Positions 11,399 through 24,625 of a stretch of DNA of 64,000 bases are shown in pieces. The position numbers and the translations under genes are program-made. Origin of the DNA: Obrimoposthia wandeli (taxonomy: Eukaryota). How positions within the stretch are numbered: position 1 is the stretch's first letter; the number at the start of each line of letters is the position of its first letter. The notes under the pieces are model-generated. The model was not told the DNA's origin. It saw nothing but the letters and a program-made list of their open reading frames with translations, and ran no database searches. Location of the stretch: NCBI GenBank assembly GCA_977020255.1, contig CDROCS010002126.1, positions 372,001-436,000 on the forward strand, written 5' to 3'.

Positions 11399-13289
11399 AG
11401 TAGGTGGAAGGATGGAGTCTAAGCCACTTTACCCCCCCCCCCCTAAAGGATGTCACTCCATAAGGATGTCACTCCTTCGGTGACCCAACATATACCCTTA
11501 TGGTATGGCAAGACACCTTTTATGGTGTGACACCCTTATGGAGTGACACCCTTTAGGAGGGAGGCGGGAGGCGGGGAGGGGAGGAGAGGGGTAAAGTGGC
11601 TTAGACTCCATCCTTCCTTGATATACTACTATGGTCGTCCATAGTTTAAAGGGTCAAGTGGCTTAGTCTCCACCCATCTTTTTGTGATCTAGTCTCCACC
11701 CATCTTTTTGTGATCTAGTCTCCACCCTTCTTTTTGAGATATATCACTATGAAAGGGTCAAATGGCTTAGTCTCCACCCTTCTTTTTGAGATATACTACT
11801 ATGAAAGGGTCAAGTGGCTTAGTCTCCACCCTTCTTTTAGTGATCTAGTCTCCACCCTTCTTTTTGGCTAACTACTAATTCAAAGGATCAAGTGGCTTAG
11901 TCTCCACCCTTCTTTTTTGTGATCTAGTCCATAATGAAAATTTATGATAAAGTTCACTCTTAACAATTAAGAAATGTGGTTTTAAACACACACACATACA
12001 CTATTTTATGTGAAATTTATGATAAAGTTCACTCTTATCAATTAAGAAATGCGGTTTTTTAACACACACATACACTATTTTATGTGAAATTTAAACTAAA
12101 GTTCACTCTTATAAGTTAATAAATGTATTACGTAATCACACACATACTATTTTATGTGAAATTTAGATCAAAGTTTTTCCTAGGCTTTCACATTTATAGA
12201 ATTATGATAAAATTTCTTTAAATACTTCAATTATATATTAAAATAAAAAATAAAATAAGAAAGAAGTCAGAGAATAATACAAAATTAAACACATTTATTA
12301 TGTAATTTCATAATATCATCTTCAAACTTAAGTGAATAACATTTACAAAGTAAGAAAGTCCATTCTTTATACATTCTTTTCGTTTCAACGACTAAGTTAC
12401 AACGGAATTAATAGAAAATTAGTAAAAATATTAATTTATTTGAATATTTGAATGAGAGTTTGAATAAATGAGAGGTAGAATGAATGTAAATGAATAAAAT
12501 TATGCATGCAAGTATGAATGTCATTTACAAGTAAGAGTCTTAGCAAGTGAATGTAATTTAAAAATAAGAGTGTCGATAGTTTGATTGAATGCAAGTGTAA
12601 TTTAGACTATAAGTAAATTAAAATAGAGTTTTTGTTGAATAAATTATAGTTAGATTGAATGCAAGTATGACGAGCAAGTGATTGATAGTTTGAATTTTCA
12701 ATACAAGTAAGTGGGTTTAGCAAGTGAATGTAATTTTAAAAATAAGAGTGTCGATAGTTTGATTGAATGCAAGTGTAATTTAGACTATAAGTAAATTAAA
12801 ATATAGTTTTTGTTGAATAAATTATAGTTAGATTGAATGCAAGTATGACGAGCAAGTGATTGATAGTTTGAATTTTCAATACAAGTAAGTGGGTTTAGCA
12901 AGTGAATGTAATTTTTAAAAAATAAGAGTGTCGATAGTTTGATTGAATGCAAGTGTAATTTAGACTATAAGTAAATTAAAATAGAGATTTTGTTGAATAA
13001 ATTATAGTTAGATTGAATGCAAGTATGACGAGCAAGTGATTGATAGTATGAATTTCAATACAAGTAAGTGGGTTTAGCAAGTGAATGTAATTTTTTAAAA
13101 TAAGAGTGTCGATAGTTTGATTGAATGCAAGTGTAATTTAGACTATAAGTAAATTAAAATAGAGATTTTGTTGAATAAATTATAGTTAGATTGAATGCAA
13201 GTATGACGAGCAAGTGATTGATAGTTTGAATTTTCAATACAAGTAAGTGGGTTTAGCAAGTGAATGTAATTTTTAAAAATAAGAGTGTC
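11399..13289 (+). repeat. Left terminal inverted repeat of element B
   Basis: Reverse complement of 24626-26752 apart from a ~48-bp terminal-hairpin deletion and one fewer ~179-bp unit. Contains a terminal palindrome, repeated AAGTGGCTTAGTCTCCACCC motifs and ~65-bp repeats near 11940-12170. Confidence 0.95.
12543..13289 (+). repeat. ~179-bp tandem repeat in left TIR (4 full units plus partial)
   Basis: GCAAGTGAATGTAATT..AAAATAAGAGTGTCGATAG recurs at about 12543, 12720, 12898, 13077 and 13255. Confidence 0.95.
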
Positions 13290-13344
13290 AATGTTATATA
13301 ATAGTTTAATAAAAGTTAATCATTGAATACAAGAACACAAATTC

Positions 13345-16300
13345 TAATAACTTACAACATATTAAAGTGAATATATGCATAAATATATTATGTTTACAAG
13401 TCAATTTATTGTAAACGATAGTAAACTATCAATTACTTTTTATATAATGTAATATTATAGTAATAACTTACAATATATTAAATTGAAAATATGCAAATTA
13501 TATTATGTTTACAAGTCAATTTATTGATCAAATCATTAAAATTATGATTAATAAGTAAATTACTTGAAGATTTGGTTGTAAATTATATTAAAGTATTAAC
13601 TTACAACATTTAAACTGAATATATACAACAACAAATAAATATTGTAGTTTACAAGTAAATTACTTGAAGTTTTTGTTGTAAATTATATTAAAGTAATAAC
13701 TTACAACATATTAAATTGAAAAATATACCAAAATAAATTATGTTTACAAGTCAATTTATTGTACAAAACATTAAACTTATGTTTATTAAGTAAACTACTT
13801 GAAGTTTTTGTTGAAAATTATAATAAAGTAATAACTTACAACATATTAAAGTGAATATATGCATAAATTTATTGTAAACGATAGTAAACTATCAATTACT
13901 TTTTTATGTAATGTAATATTATAGTAATAACTTACAACGTGTTAAATTGAAAATATGCAAATTATATTATGTTTACAAGTCAATTTATTGATCAAATCAT
14001 TAATATTATGATTAATAAGTAAACTACTTGAAGTTTTTATTGAAAATTATATTAAAGTAATAACTTACAACATTTTAAACTGAATATATACAACAACAAA
14101 TAAATATTGTAGTTTACAAGTAAATTACTTGAAGTTTTTGTTGTAAATTATATTAAAGTAATAACTTACAACATTTTAAAGTGAATATATGCATAAATAT
14201 ATTATGTTTACAAGTCAATTTATTGTAAACGATAGTAAACTATCAATTACTTTTTATATAATGTAATATTATAGTAATAACTTACAATATATTAAATTGA
14301 AAATATGCAAATTATATTATGTTTACAAGTCAATTTATTGATCAAATCATTAAAATTATGATTAATAAGTAAATTACTTGAAGAATTGGTTGTAAATTAT
14401 ATTAAAGTATTATTAACTGAACAACATATATAATAAGTAAATGAAGTTTTTGTTGTAAATTATATTAAAGTAATAACCAACATATTAAACTATTATGTTT
14501 ACAAGTCAATTTATTGTACAAAACATTAAAATTATGATTAATAAGTAAATTACTTGAAGATTTGGTTGTAAATTATATTAAAGTATTAACTTACAACATA
14601 TTAAAGTGAATATATGCATAAATTTATTGTAAACGATAGTAAACTATCAATTACTTTTTTATGTAATGTAATATTATAGTAATAACTTACAATATATTAA
14701 ATTGAAAATATGCAAATTATATTATGTTTACAAGTCAATTTATTGATCAAATCATTAAAATTATGATTAATAAGTAAATTACTTGAAGTCAAGTAAAGTT
14801 ACTTGAAGTTAAAATTATATTAAAGTAATAACTTACAACATTTTAAAGTGAATATATGCATAAATATATTATGTTTACAAGTCAATTTATTGTAAACGAC
14901 AGTAAACTATGAATTACTTTTTATGTAATGAAATATTACAGTATTAACTTACAACGTGTTAAATTGAAAATATATAAATTATATTATGTTTACAAGTCAA
15001 TTTATTGATCAAATCATTAAAATTATGATTAATAAGTAAATTACTTGAAGATTTGGTTGTAAATTATATTAAAGTATTAACTTACAACATTTTAAACTGA
15101 ATATATACAACAACAAATAAATATTGTAGTTTACAAGTAAATTACTTGAAGTTTTTTGTTGTAAATTATATTAAAGTAATAACTTACAACATATTAAATT
15201 GAAAATATACCAAAATAAATTATGTTTACAAGTCAATTTATTGTACAAAACATTAAACTTATGATTAAGTAAACTACTTGAAGTTTTTTTTTTGTTGAAA
15301 ATTATATTAAAGTAATAACTTACAACATTTTAAAGTGAATATATGCATAAATATATTATGTGTAAACGATAGTAAACTATCAATTACGTTTTTATGTAAT
15401 GTAATATTATAGTAATAACTTACAACGTGTTAAATTGAAAATATGCAAATTATATTATGTTTACAAGTCAATTTATTGATCAATCATTAATATTATGATT
15501 AATAAGTAAACTACTTGAAGTTTTTGTTGAAAATTATATTAAAGTAATAACTTACAACATATTAAAGTGAATATATGCATAAAAATATTATGTTTACAAG
15601 TCAATTTATTGTAAACGACAGTAAACTATCAATTACGTTTTATGTAAATTATATTAAAGTAATGTAATATTATAGTAATAACTTACAATATATTAAATTG
15701 AAAATATATCAAAATTATATTATGTTTACAAGTCAATTTATTGTACAAAACATTAAACTTATGTTTAATAAGTAAACTACTTGAAGTTTTTGTTGAAAAT
15801 TATATTAAAGTAATAACTTACAACATATTAAAGTGAATATATGCATAAATATATTATGTTTACAAGTCAATTTATTGTAAACGATAGTAAACTACTTGAA
15901 GTTTTTGTTGTAAATTATATTAAAGTAATAACTTACAACATATTAAATTGAAAATATATCAAAATAAATTATGTTTACAAGTCAATTTATTGTACAAAAC
16001 ATTAAAATTATGATTAATAAGTAAATTACTTGAAGAATTGGTTGTAAATTATATTAAAGTATTAACTTACAACATTTTAAACGGAATATATACAACAACA
16101 AATAAATATTGTAGTTTACAAGTAAATTACTTGAAGTTTTTGTTGTAAATTATATTAAAGTAATAACTTACAACATTTTAAATTGAATATATACATAAAT
16201 ATATTATGTTTACAAGTCAATTTATTGTAAACGACAGTAAACTATGAATTACTTTTTTATGTAATGAAATATTACAGTATTAACTTACAACGTGTTAAAT

Positions 16301-19300
16301 TGAAAATATGCAAATTATATTATGTTTACAAGTCAATTTATTGATCAAATCATTAAAATTATGATTAATAAGTAAATTACTTGAAGATTTGGTTGTAAAT
16401 TATATTAAAGTAATAACTTACAACATTTTAAACTGAATATATACAACAACAAATAAATATTGTAGTTTACAAGTAAATTACTTGAAGTTTTTTGTTGTAA
16501 ATTATATTAAAGTAATAACTTACAACATATTAAATATACCAAATATACCAAAATAAATTATGTTTACAAGTCAATTTATTGTACAAAACATTAAACTTAT
16601 GTTTAATAAGTAAACTACTTGAAGTTTTTGTTGTAAATTATATTAAAGTAATAACTTACAACATATTAAATTGAAAATATACCAAAATAAATTATGTTTA
16701 CAAGTCAATTTATTGTACAAAACATTAAACTTATGTTTAATAAGTAAACTACTTGAAGTTTTTGTTGAAAATTATATTAAAGTAATAACTTACAACATTT
16801 TAAAGTGAATATATGCATAAATATATTATGTTTACAAGTCAATTTATTGTAAACGATAGTAAACTATGTTTAATTACTACTTTTTTATGTAATGTAATAT
16901 TATAGTAATAACTTACAACATATTAAATTGAAAATATGCAAATTATATTATGTTTACAAGTCAATTTATTGATCAAATCATTAATATTATGATTAATAAG
17001 TAAACTACTTGAAGTTTTTGTTGAAAATTATATTAAAGTAATAACTTACAACATTTTAAACTGAATATATACAACAACAAATAAATATTGTAGTTTACAA
17101 GTAAACTACTTGAAGTTTTTGTTGTAAATTATATTAAAGTAATAACTTACAACATATTAAATTGAAAATATATCAAAATAAATTATGTTTACAAGTCAAT
17201 TTATTGTACAAAACATTAAACTTATGTTTAATAAGTAAACTACTTGAAGTTTTTGTTGAAAATTATATGAAAGTAATAACTTACAACCTTTTAAAGTGCA
17301 TATATGTTTAGATATATTATGTTTACAAGTCAATTTATTGTAAACGACAGTAAACTATGAATTACTTTTTATGTAATGAAATATTATAGTATTAACTTAC
17401 AACGTGTTAAATTGAAAATATGCAAAAATAAATTATGTTTACAAGTCAATTTATTGTACAAAACATTAAACCTATGTTTAATAAGTAAACTACTTGAAGT
17501 TTTGTTGTAAATTATATTAAAGTAATAACTTACAACATATAAATATATATACAACAACAAATAAATATTGTAGTTTACAAGTAATTACTTGAAGTTTTTG
17601 TTGTAAATTATATTAAAGTAATAACTTACAACATATTAAATTGAAAATATATCAAAATAAATTATGTTTACAAGTCAATTTATTGTACAAAACATTAAAC
17701 TTATGTTTAATAAGTAAACTACTTGAAGTTTTTGTTGAAAATTATATGAAAGTAATAACTTACAACATTTTAAAGTGAATATATGTATAAATATATTATG
17801 TTTACAAGTCAATTTATTGTAAACGACAGTAAACTATGAATTACCTTTTATGTAATGTAATATTATAGTAATAACTTACAACGTGTTAAATTGAAAATAT
17901 GCAAATTATATTATGTTTACAAGTCAATTTATTGTACAAAACATTAAACTTATGTTTAATAAGTAAACTACTTGAAGTTTTTGTTGTAAATTATATTAAA
18001 GTAATAACTTACAACATATAAATATATATACAACAACAAATAAATATTGTAGTTTACAAGTAAATTACTTGAAGTTTTTGTTGTAAATTATATTAAAGTA
18101 ATAACTTACAACATATTAAATTGAAAATATATCAAAATAAATTATGTTTACAAGTCAATTTATTGTACAAAACATTAAACTTATGTTTAATAAGTAAACT
18201 ACTTGAAGTTTTTGTTGAAAATTATATGAAAGTAATAACTTACAACATTTTAAAGTGAATATATGTATAAATATATTATGTTTACAAGTCAATTTATTGT
18301 AAACGACAGTAAACTATGAATTACTTTTTATGTAATGTAATATTATAGTAATAACTTACAACGTGTTAAATTGAAAATATGCAAATTATATTATGTTTAC
18401 AAGTCAATTTATTGATCAATCATTAATATTATGATTAATAAGTAAACTACTTGAAGTTTTTGTTGAAAATTATATTAAAGTAATAACTTACAACATTTTA
18501 AACTGAATATATACAACAACAAATAAATATTGTAGTTTCCAAGTAATTACTTGAAGTTTTTGTTGTAAATTATATTAAAGAAATAACTTACAACATATTA
18601 AATTGAAAATATATCAAAATAAATTATGTTTACAAGTCAATTTATTGTACAAAACATTAAACTTATGTTTAATAAGTAAACTACTTGAAGTTTTTGTTGT
18701 AAATTATATTAAAGTAATAACTTACAACATATAAATATATATACAACAACAAATAAATATTGTAGTTTCCAAGTAATTACTTGAAGTTTTTGTTGTAAAT
18801 TATATTAAAGTAATAACTTACAACATATTAAATTGAAAATATATCAAAATAAATTATGTTTACAAGTCAATTTATTGTACAAAACATTAAACTTATGATT
18901 AATAAGTAAACTACTTGAAGTTTTTGTTGAAAATTATATTAAAGTAATAAGTTACAACATATTAAAGTTAATATATGCATAAATATATTATGTTTACAAG
19001 TCAATTTATTGTACAAAACATTAAACTTATGTTTAATAAGTAAACTACTTGAAGTTTTTGTTGTAAATTATATTAAAGTAATAACTTAAAACATATTAAA
19101 TTGAAAAATATATCAAAATAAATTATGTTTACAAGTCAATTTATTGTACAAAACATTAAACTTATGTTTAATAAGTTTTTGTTGAAAATTATATTAAAGT
19201 AATAACTTACAACATTTTAAACTAAATATATACAACAACAAATAAATATTGTAGTTTACAAGTAAATTACTTGAAGTTTTTATTGTAAATTATATTAAAG

Positions 19301-22300
19301 TAATAACTTACAACATATTAAATTGAAAATATATCAAAAATAAATTATGTTTACAAGTCAATTTATTGTACAAAACATTAAACTTATGTTTAATAAGTAA
19401 ACTACTTGAAGTTTTTGTTGAAAATTATATGAAAGTAATAACTTACAACATTTTAAAGTGAATATATGTATAAATATATTATGTTTACAAGTCAATTTAT
19501 TGTAAACGACAGTAAACTATGAATTACTTTTTATGTAATGTAATATTATAGTAATAACTTACAACGTGTTAAATTGAAAATATGCAAATTATATTATGTT
19601 TACAAGTCAATTTATTGATCAATCATTAATATTATGATTAATAAGTAAACTACTTGAAGTTTTTGTTGAAAATTATATTAAAGTAATAACTTACAACATA
19701 TAAATATATATACAACAACAAATAAATATTGTAGTTTCCAAGTAATTACTTGAAGTTTTTGTTGTAAATTATATTAAAGAAATAACTTACAACATATTAA
19801 ATTGAAAATATATCAAAATAAATTATGTTTACAAGTCAATTTATTGTACAAAACATTAAACTTATGTTTAATAAGTAAACTACTTGAAGTTTTTGTTGTA
19901 AATTATATTAAAGTAATAACTTACAACATATTAAATTGAAAATATATCAAAAATAAATTATGTTTACAAGTCAATTTATTGTACAAAACATTAAACTTAT
20001 GATTAATAAGTAAACTACTTGAAGTTTTTGTTGAAAATTATATTAAAGTAATAAGTTACAACATATTAAAGTTAATATATGCATAAATATATTATGTTTA
20101 CAAGTCAATTTATTGTACAAAACATTAAACTTATGTTTAATAAGTAAACTACTTGAAGTTTTTGTTGAAAATTATATGAAAGTAATAACTTACAACATTT
20201 TAAAGTGAATATATGTATAAATATATTATGTTTACAAGTCAATTTATTGTAAACGACAGTAAACTATGAATTACTTTTTATGTAATGTAATATTATAGTA
20301 ATAACTTACAACGTGTTAAATTGAAAATATGCAAATTATATTATGTTTACAAGTCAATTTATTGTACAAAACATTAAACTTATGTTTAATAAGTAAACTA
20401 CTTGAAGTTTTTGTTGTAAATTATATTAAAGTAATAACTTACAACATATAAATATATATACAACAACAAATAAATATTGTAGTTTACAAGTAAATTACTT
20501 GAAGTTTTTGTTGTAAATTATATTAAAGTAATAACTTACAACATATTAAATTGAAAATATATCAAAATAAATTATGTTTACAAGTCAATTTATTGTACAA
20601 AACATTAAACTTATGTTTAATAAGTAAACTACTTGAAGTTTTTGTTGAAAATTATATGAAAGTAATAACTTACAACATTTTAAAGTGAATATATGTATAA
20701 ATATATTATGTTTACAAGTCAATTTATTGTAAACGACAGTAAACTATGAATTACTTTTTATGTAATGTAATATTATAGTAATAACTTACAACGTGTTAAA
20801 TTGAAAATATGCAAATTATATTATGTTTACAAGTCAATTTATTGATCAATCATTAATATTATGATTAATAAGTAAACTACTTGAAGTTTTTGTTGAAAAT
20901 TATATTAAAGTAATAACTTACAACATTTTAAACTGAATATATACAACAACAAATAAATATTGTAGTTTCCAAGTAATTACTTGAAGTTTTTGTTGTAAAT
21001 TATATTAAAGTAATAACTTACAACATATTAAATTGAAAATATATCAAAATAAATTATGTTTACAAGTCAATTTATTGTACAAAACATTAAACTTATGATT
21101 AATAAGTAAACTACTTGAAGTTTTTGTTGAAAATTATATTAAAGTAATAAGTTACAACATATTAAAGTTAATATATGCATAAATATATTATGTTTACAAG
21201 TCAATTTATTGTACAAAACATTAAACTTATGTTTAATAAGTAAACTACTTGAAGTTTTTTGTTGTAAATTATATTAAAGTAATAACTTAAAACATATTAA
21301 ATTGAAAAATATATCAAAATAAATTATGTTTACAAGTCAATTTATTGTACAAAACATTAAACTTATGTTTAATAAGTAAACTACTCGAAGTTTTTGTTGA
21401 AAATTATATTAAAGTAATAACTTACAACATTTAAACTAAATATATACAACAACAAATAAATATTGTAGTTTACAAGTAAATTACTTGAAGTTTTTGTTGT
21501 AAATTATATTAAAGTAATAACTTACAACATATTAAATTGAAAATATATCAAAAATAAATTATGTTTACAAGTCAATTTATTGTACAAAACATTAAACTTA
21601 TGTTTAATAAGTAAACTACTTGAAGTTTTTGTTGAAAATTATATGAAAGTAATAACTTACAACATTTTAAAGTGAATATATGTATAAATATATTATGTTT
21701 ACAAGTCAATTTATTGTAAACGACAGTAAACTATGAATTACTTTTTATGTAATGTAATATTATAGTAATAACTTACAACGTGTTAAATTGAAAATATGCA
21801 AATTATATTATGTTTACAAGTCAATTTATTGATCAATCATTAATATTATGATTAATAAGTAAACTACTTGAAGTTTTGTTGAAAATTATATTAAAGTAAT
21901 AACTTACAACATATAAATATATATACAACAACAAATAAATATTGTAGTTTCCAAGTAATTACTTGAAAAGTTTTGTTGTAAATTATATTAAAGAAAACTA
22001 ACTTACAACATATTAAATTGAAAATATATCAAAATAAATTATGTTTACAAGTCAATTTATTGTACAAAACATTAAACTTATGTTTAATAAGTAAACTACT
22101 TGAAGTTTTTGTTGTAAATTATATTAAAGTAATAACTTACAACATATTAAATTGAAAATATATCAAAAATAAATTATGTTTACAAGTCAATTTATTGTAC
22201 AAAACATTAAACTTATGATTAATAAGTAAACTACTTGAAGTTTTTGTTGAAAATTATATTAAAGTAATAAGTTACAACATATTAAAGTTAATATATGCAT

Positions 22301-24330
22301 AAATATATTATGTTTACAAGTCAATTTATTGTACAAAACATTAAACTTATGTTTAATAAGTAAACTACTTGAAGTTTTTGTTGTAAATTATATTAAAGTA
22401 ATAACTTACAACATATTAAATTGAAAAATATATCAAAATAAATTATGTTTACAAGTCAATTTATTGTACAAAACATTAAACTTATGTTTAATAAGTAAAC
22501 TACTTGAAGTTTTGTTGTAAATTATATTAAAGTAATAACTTACAACATATTAAATTGAAAATATATCAAAATAAATTATGTTTACAAGTCAATTTATTGT
22601 ACAAAACATTAAACTTATGTTTAATAAGTAAACTACTTGAAGTTTTTGTTGTAAATTATATTAAAGTAATAACTTACAAAATATTAAATTGAAAATATAT
22701 CAAAATAAATTATGTTTACAAGTCAATTTATTGTACAAAACATTAAACTTATGTTTAATAAGTAAACTACTTGAAGTTTTTGTTGAAAATTATATTAAAG
22801 TAATAACTTACAACATTTTAAACTAAATATATACAACAACAAAAAAATATTGTAGTTTACAAGTAAATTACTTGAAGTTTTTGTTGTAAATTATATTAAA
22901 GTAATAACTTACAACATATTAAAGTTAATATATGCATAAATATATTATGTTTACAAGTCAATTTATTGTACAAAACAATAAACTTATGATTATTAAGTAA
23001 ACTACTTGAAGTTTTTGTTGAAAATTATATTAAAGTAATAACTTACAACATTTTAAACTAAATATATACAACAACAAATAAATATTGTAGTTTACAAGTA
23101 AATTACTTGAAGTTTTTGTTGTAAATTATATTAAAGTAATAACTTACAACATATTAAATTGAAAATATATCAAAATAAATTATGTTTACAAGTCAATTTA
23201 TTGTACAAAACATTAAACTTATGTTTAATAAGTAAACTACTTGAAGTTTTTGTTGAAAATTATATTAAAGTAATAACTTACAACATTTTAAACGGAATAT
23301 ATACAACAACAAATAAATATTGTAGTTTACAAGTAAATTACTTGAAGTTTTGTTGTAAATTATATTAAAGTAATAACTTACAACATATTAAATTGAAAAT
23401 ATATCAAAATAAATTATGTTTACAAGTCAATTTATTGTACAAAACATTAAACTTATGTTTAATAAGTAAACTACTTGAAGTTTTTTGTTGTAAATTATAT
23501 TAAAGTAATAAGTTACAACATATTAAAGTTAATATATGCATAAATATATTATGTTTACAAGTCAATTTATTGTACAAAACAATAAACTTATGATTATTAA
23601 GTAAACTACTTGAAGTTTTTGTTGTAAATTATATTAAAGTAATAACTTAAAACATATTAAATTGAAAAATATATCAAAATAAATTATGTTTACAAGTCAA
23701 TTTATTGTACAAAACATTAAACTTATGTTTAATAAGTAAACTACTCGAAGTTTTTGTTGAAAATTATATTAAAGTAATAACTTACAACATTTTAAACTAA
23801 ATATATACAACAACAAATAAATATTGTAGTTTACAAGTAAATTACTTGAAGTTTTTATTGTAAATTATATTAAAGTAATAACTTACAACATATTAAATTG
23901 AAAATATATCAAAAATAAATTATGTTTACAAGTCAATTTATTGTACAAAACAATAAACTTATGATTATTAAGTAAACTACTTGAAGTTTTTGTTGAAAAT
24001 TATAGTAAAGTAATAACTTACAACATATTAAAGTGAATATATGCATAAATATATTATGTTTACAAGTCAATTTATTGTAAACGATAGTAAACTATCAATT
24101 ACTTTTTTTATATAATGTAATATTATAGTAATAACTTACAATATATTAAATTGAAAATATGCAAATTATATTATGTTTACAAGTCAATTTATTGATCAAA
24201 TCATTAATATTATGATTAATAAGTAAACTACTTGAAGTTTTTGTTGAAAATTATATTAAAGTAATAACTTACAACATTTTAAACTAAATATATACAACAA
24301 CAAATAAATATTGTAGTTTACAAGTAAATT
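13345..24330. repeat. ~11-kb AT-rich mosaic satellite forming the core of element B
   Basis: About four related ~100-135-bp unit types share AAGTAATAACTTACAAC and TGTTTACAAGTCAATTTATTG. 480-bp higher-order periodicity (TAAACGACAG at 17820/18300 and 20250/20730). Confidence 0.97.
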
Positions 24331-24625
24331 TTCGAATGTCTAGTAAACAAATTTAAATAACTCGAAAAACATTTTCTATTCGAAATAATAAACTTAATAG
24401 TCTTTATATTTGAAATTTATGTTATATGCAGTGGGCGGGGTACAGCAACTAACTTTATAATTAAAATATTTTTTTTTAGTTTAAGGTTAAAATCACTTGA
24501 TAAAAACCACAATAATGTGATAAAGAATATTATTTAACATATAAAATGAATTTTTGAAGAAATAAATTGAATATTCATATTATATTAAACGGACAATGGC
24601 AAAAAAAATATCAAGTAATTTAAAA

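Noticed and set aside
23159-23368. 69-aa ORF in the ORF track
   Set aside because: Lies wholly within the satellite; a chance stop-free frame.
13345-24330. CRISPR-like look of a constant repeat alternating with variable segments
   Set aside because: The variable segments are themselves a few recurring types, not unique spacers. The context is eukaryotic and there are no cas genes.
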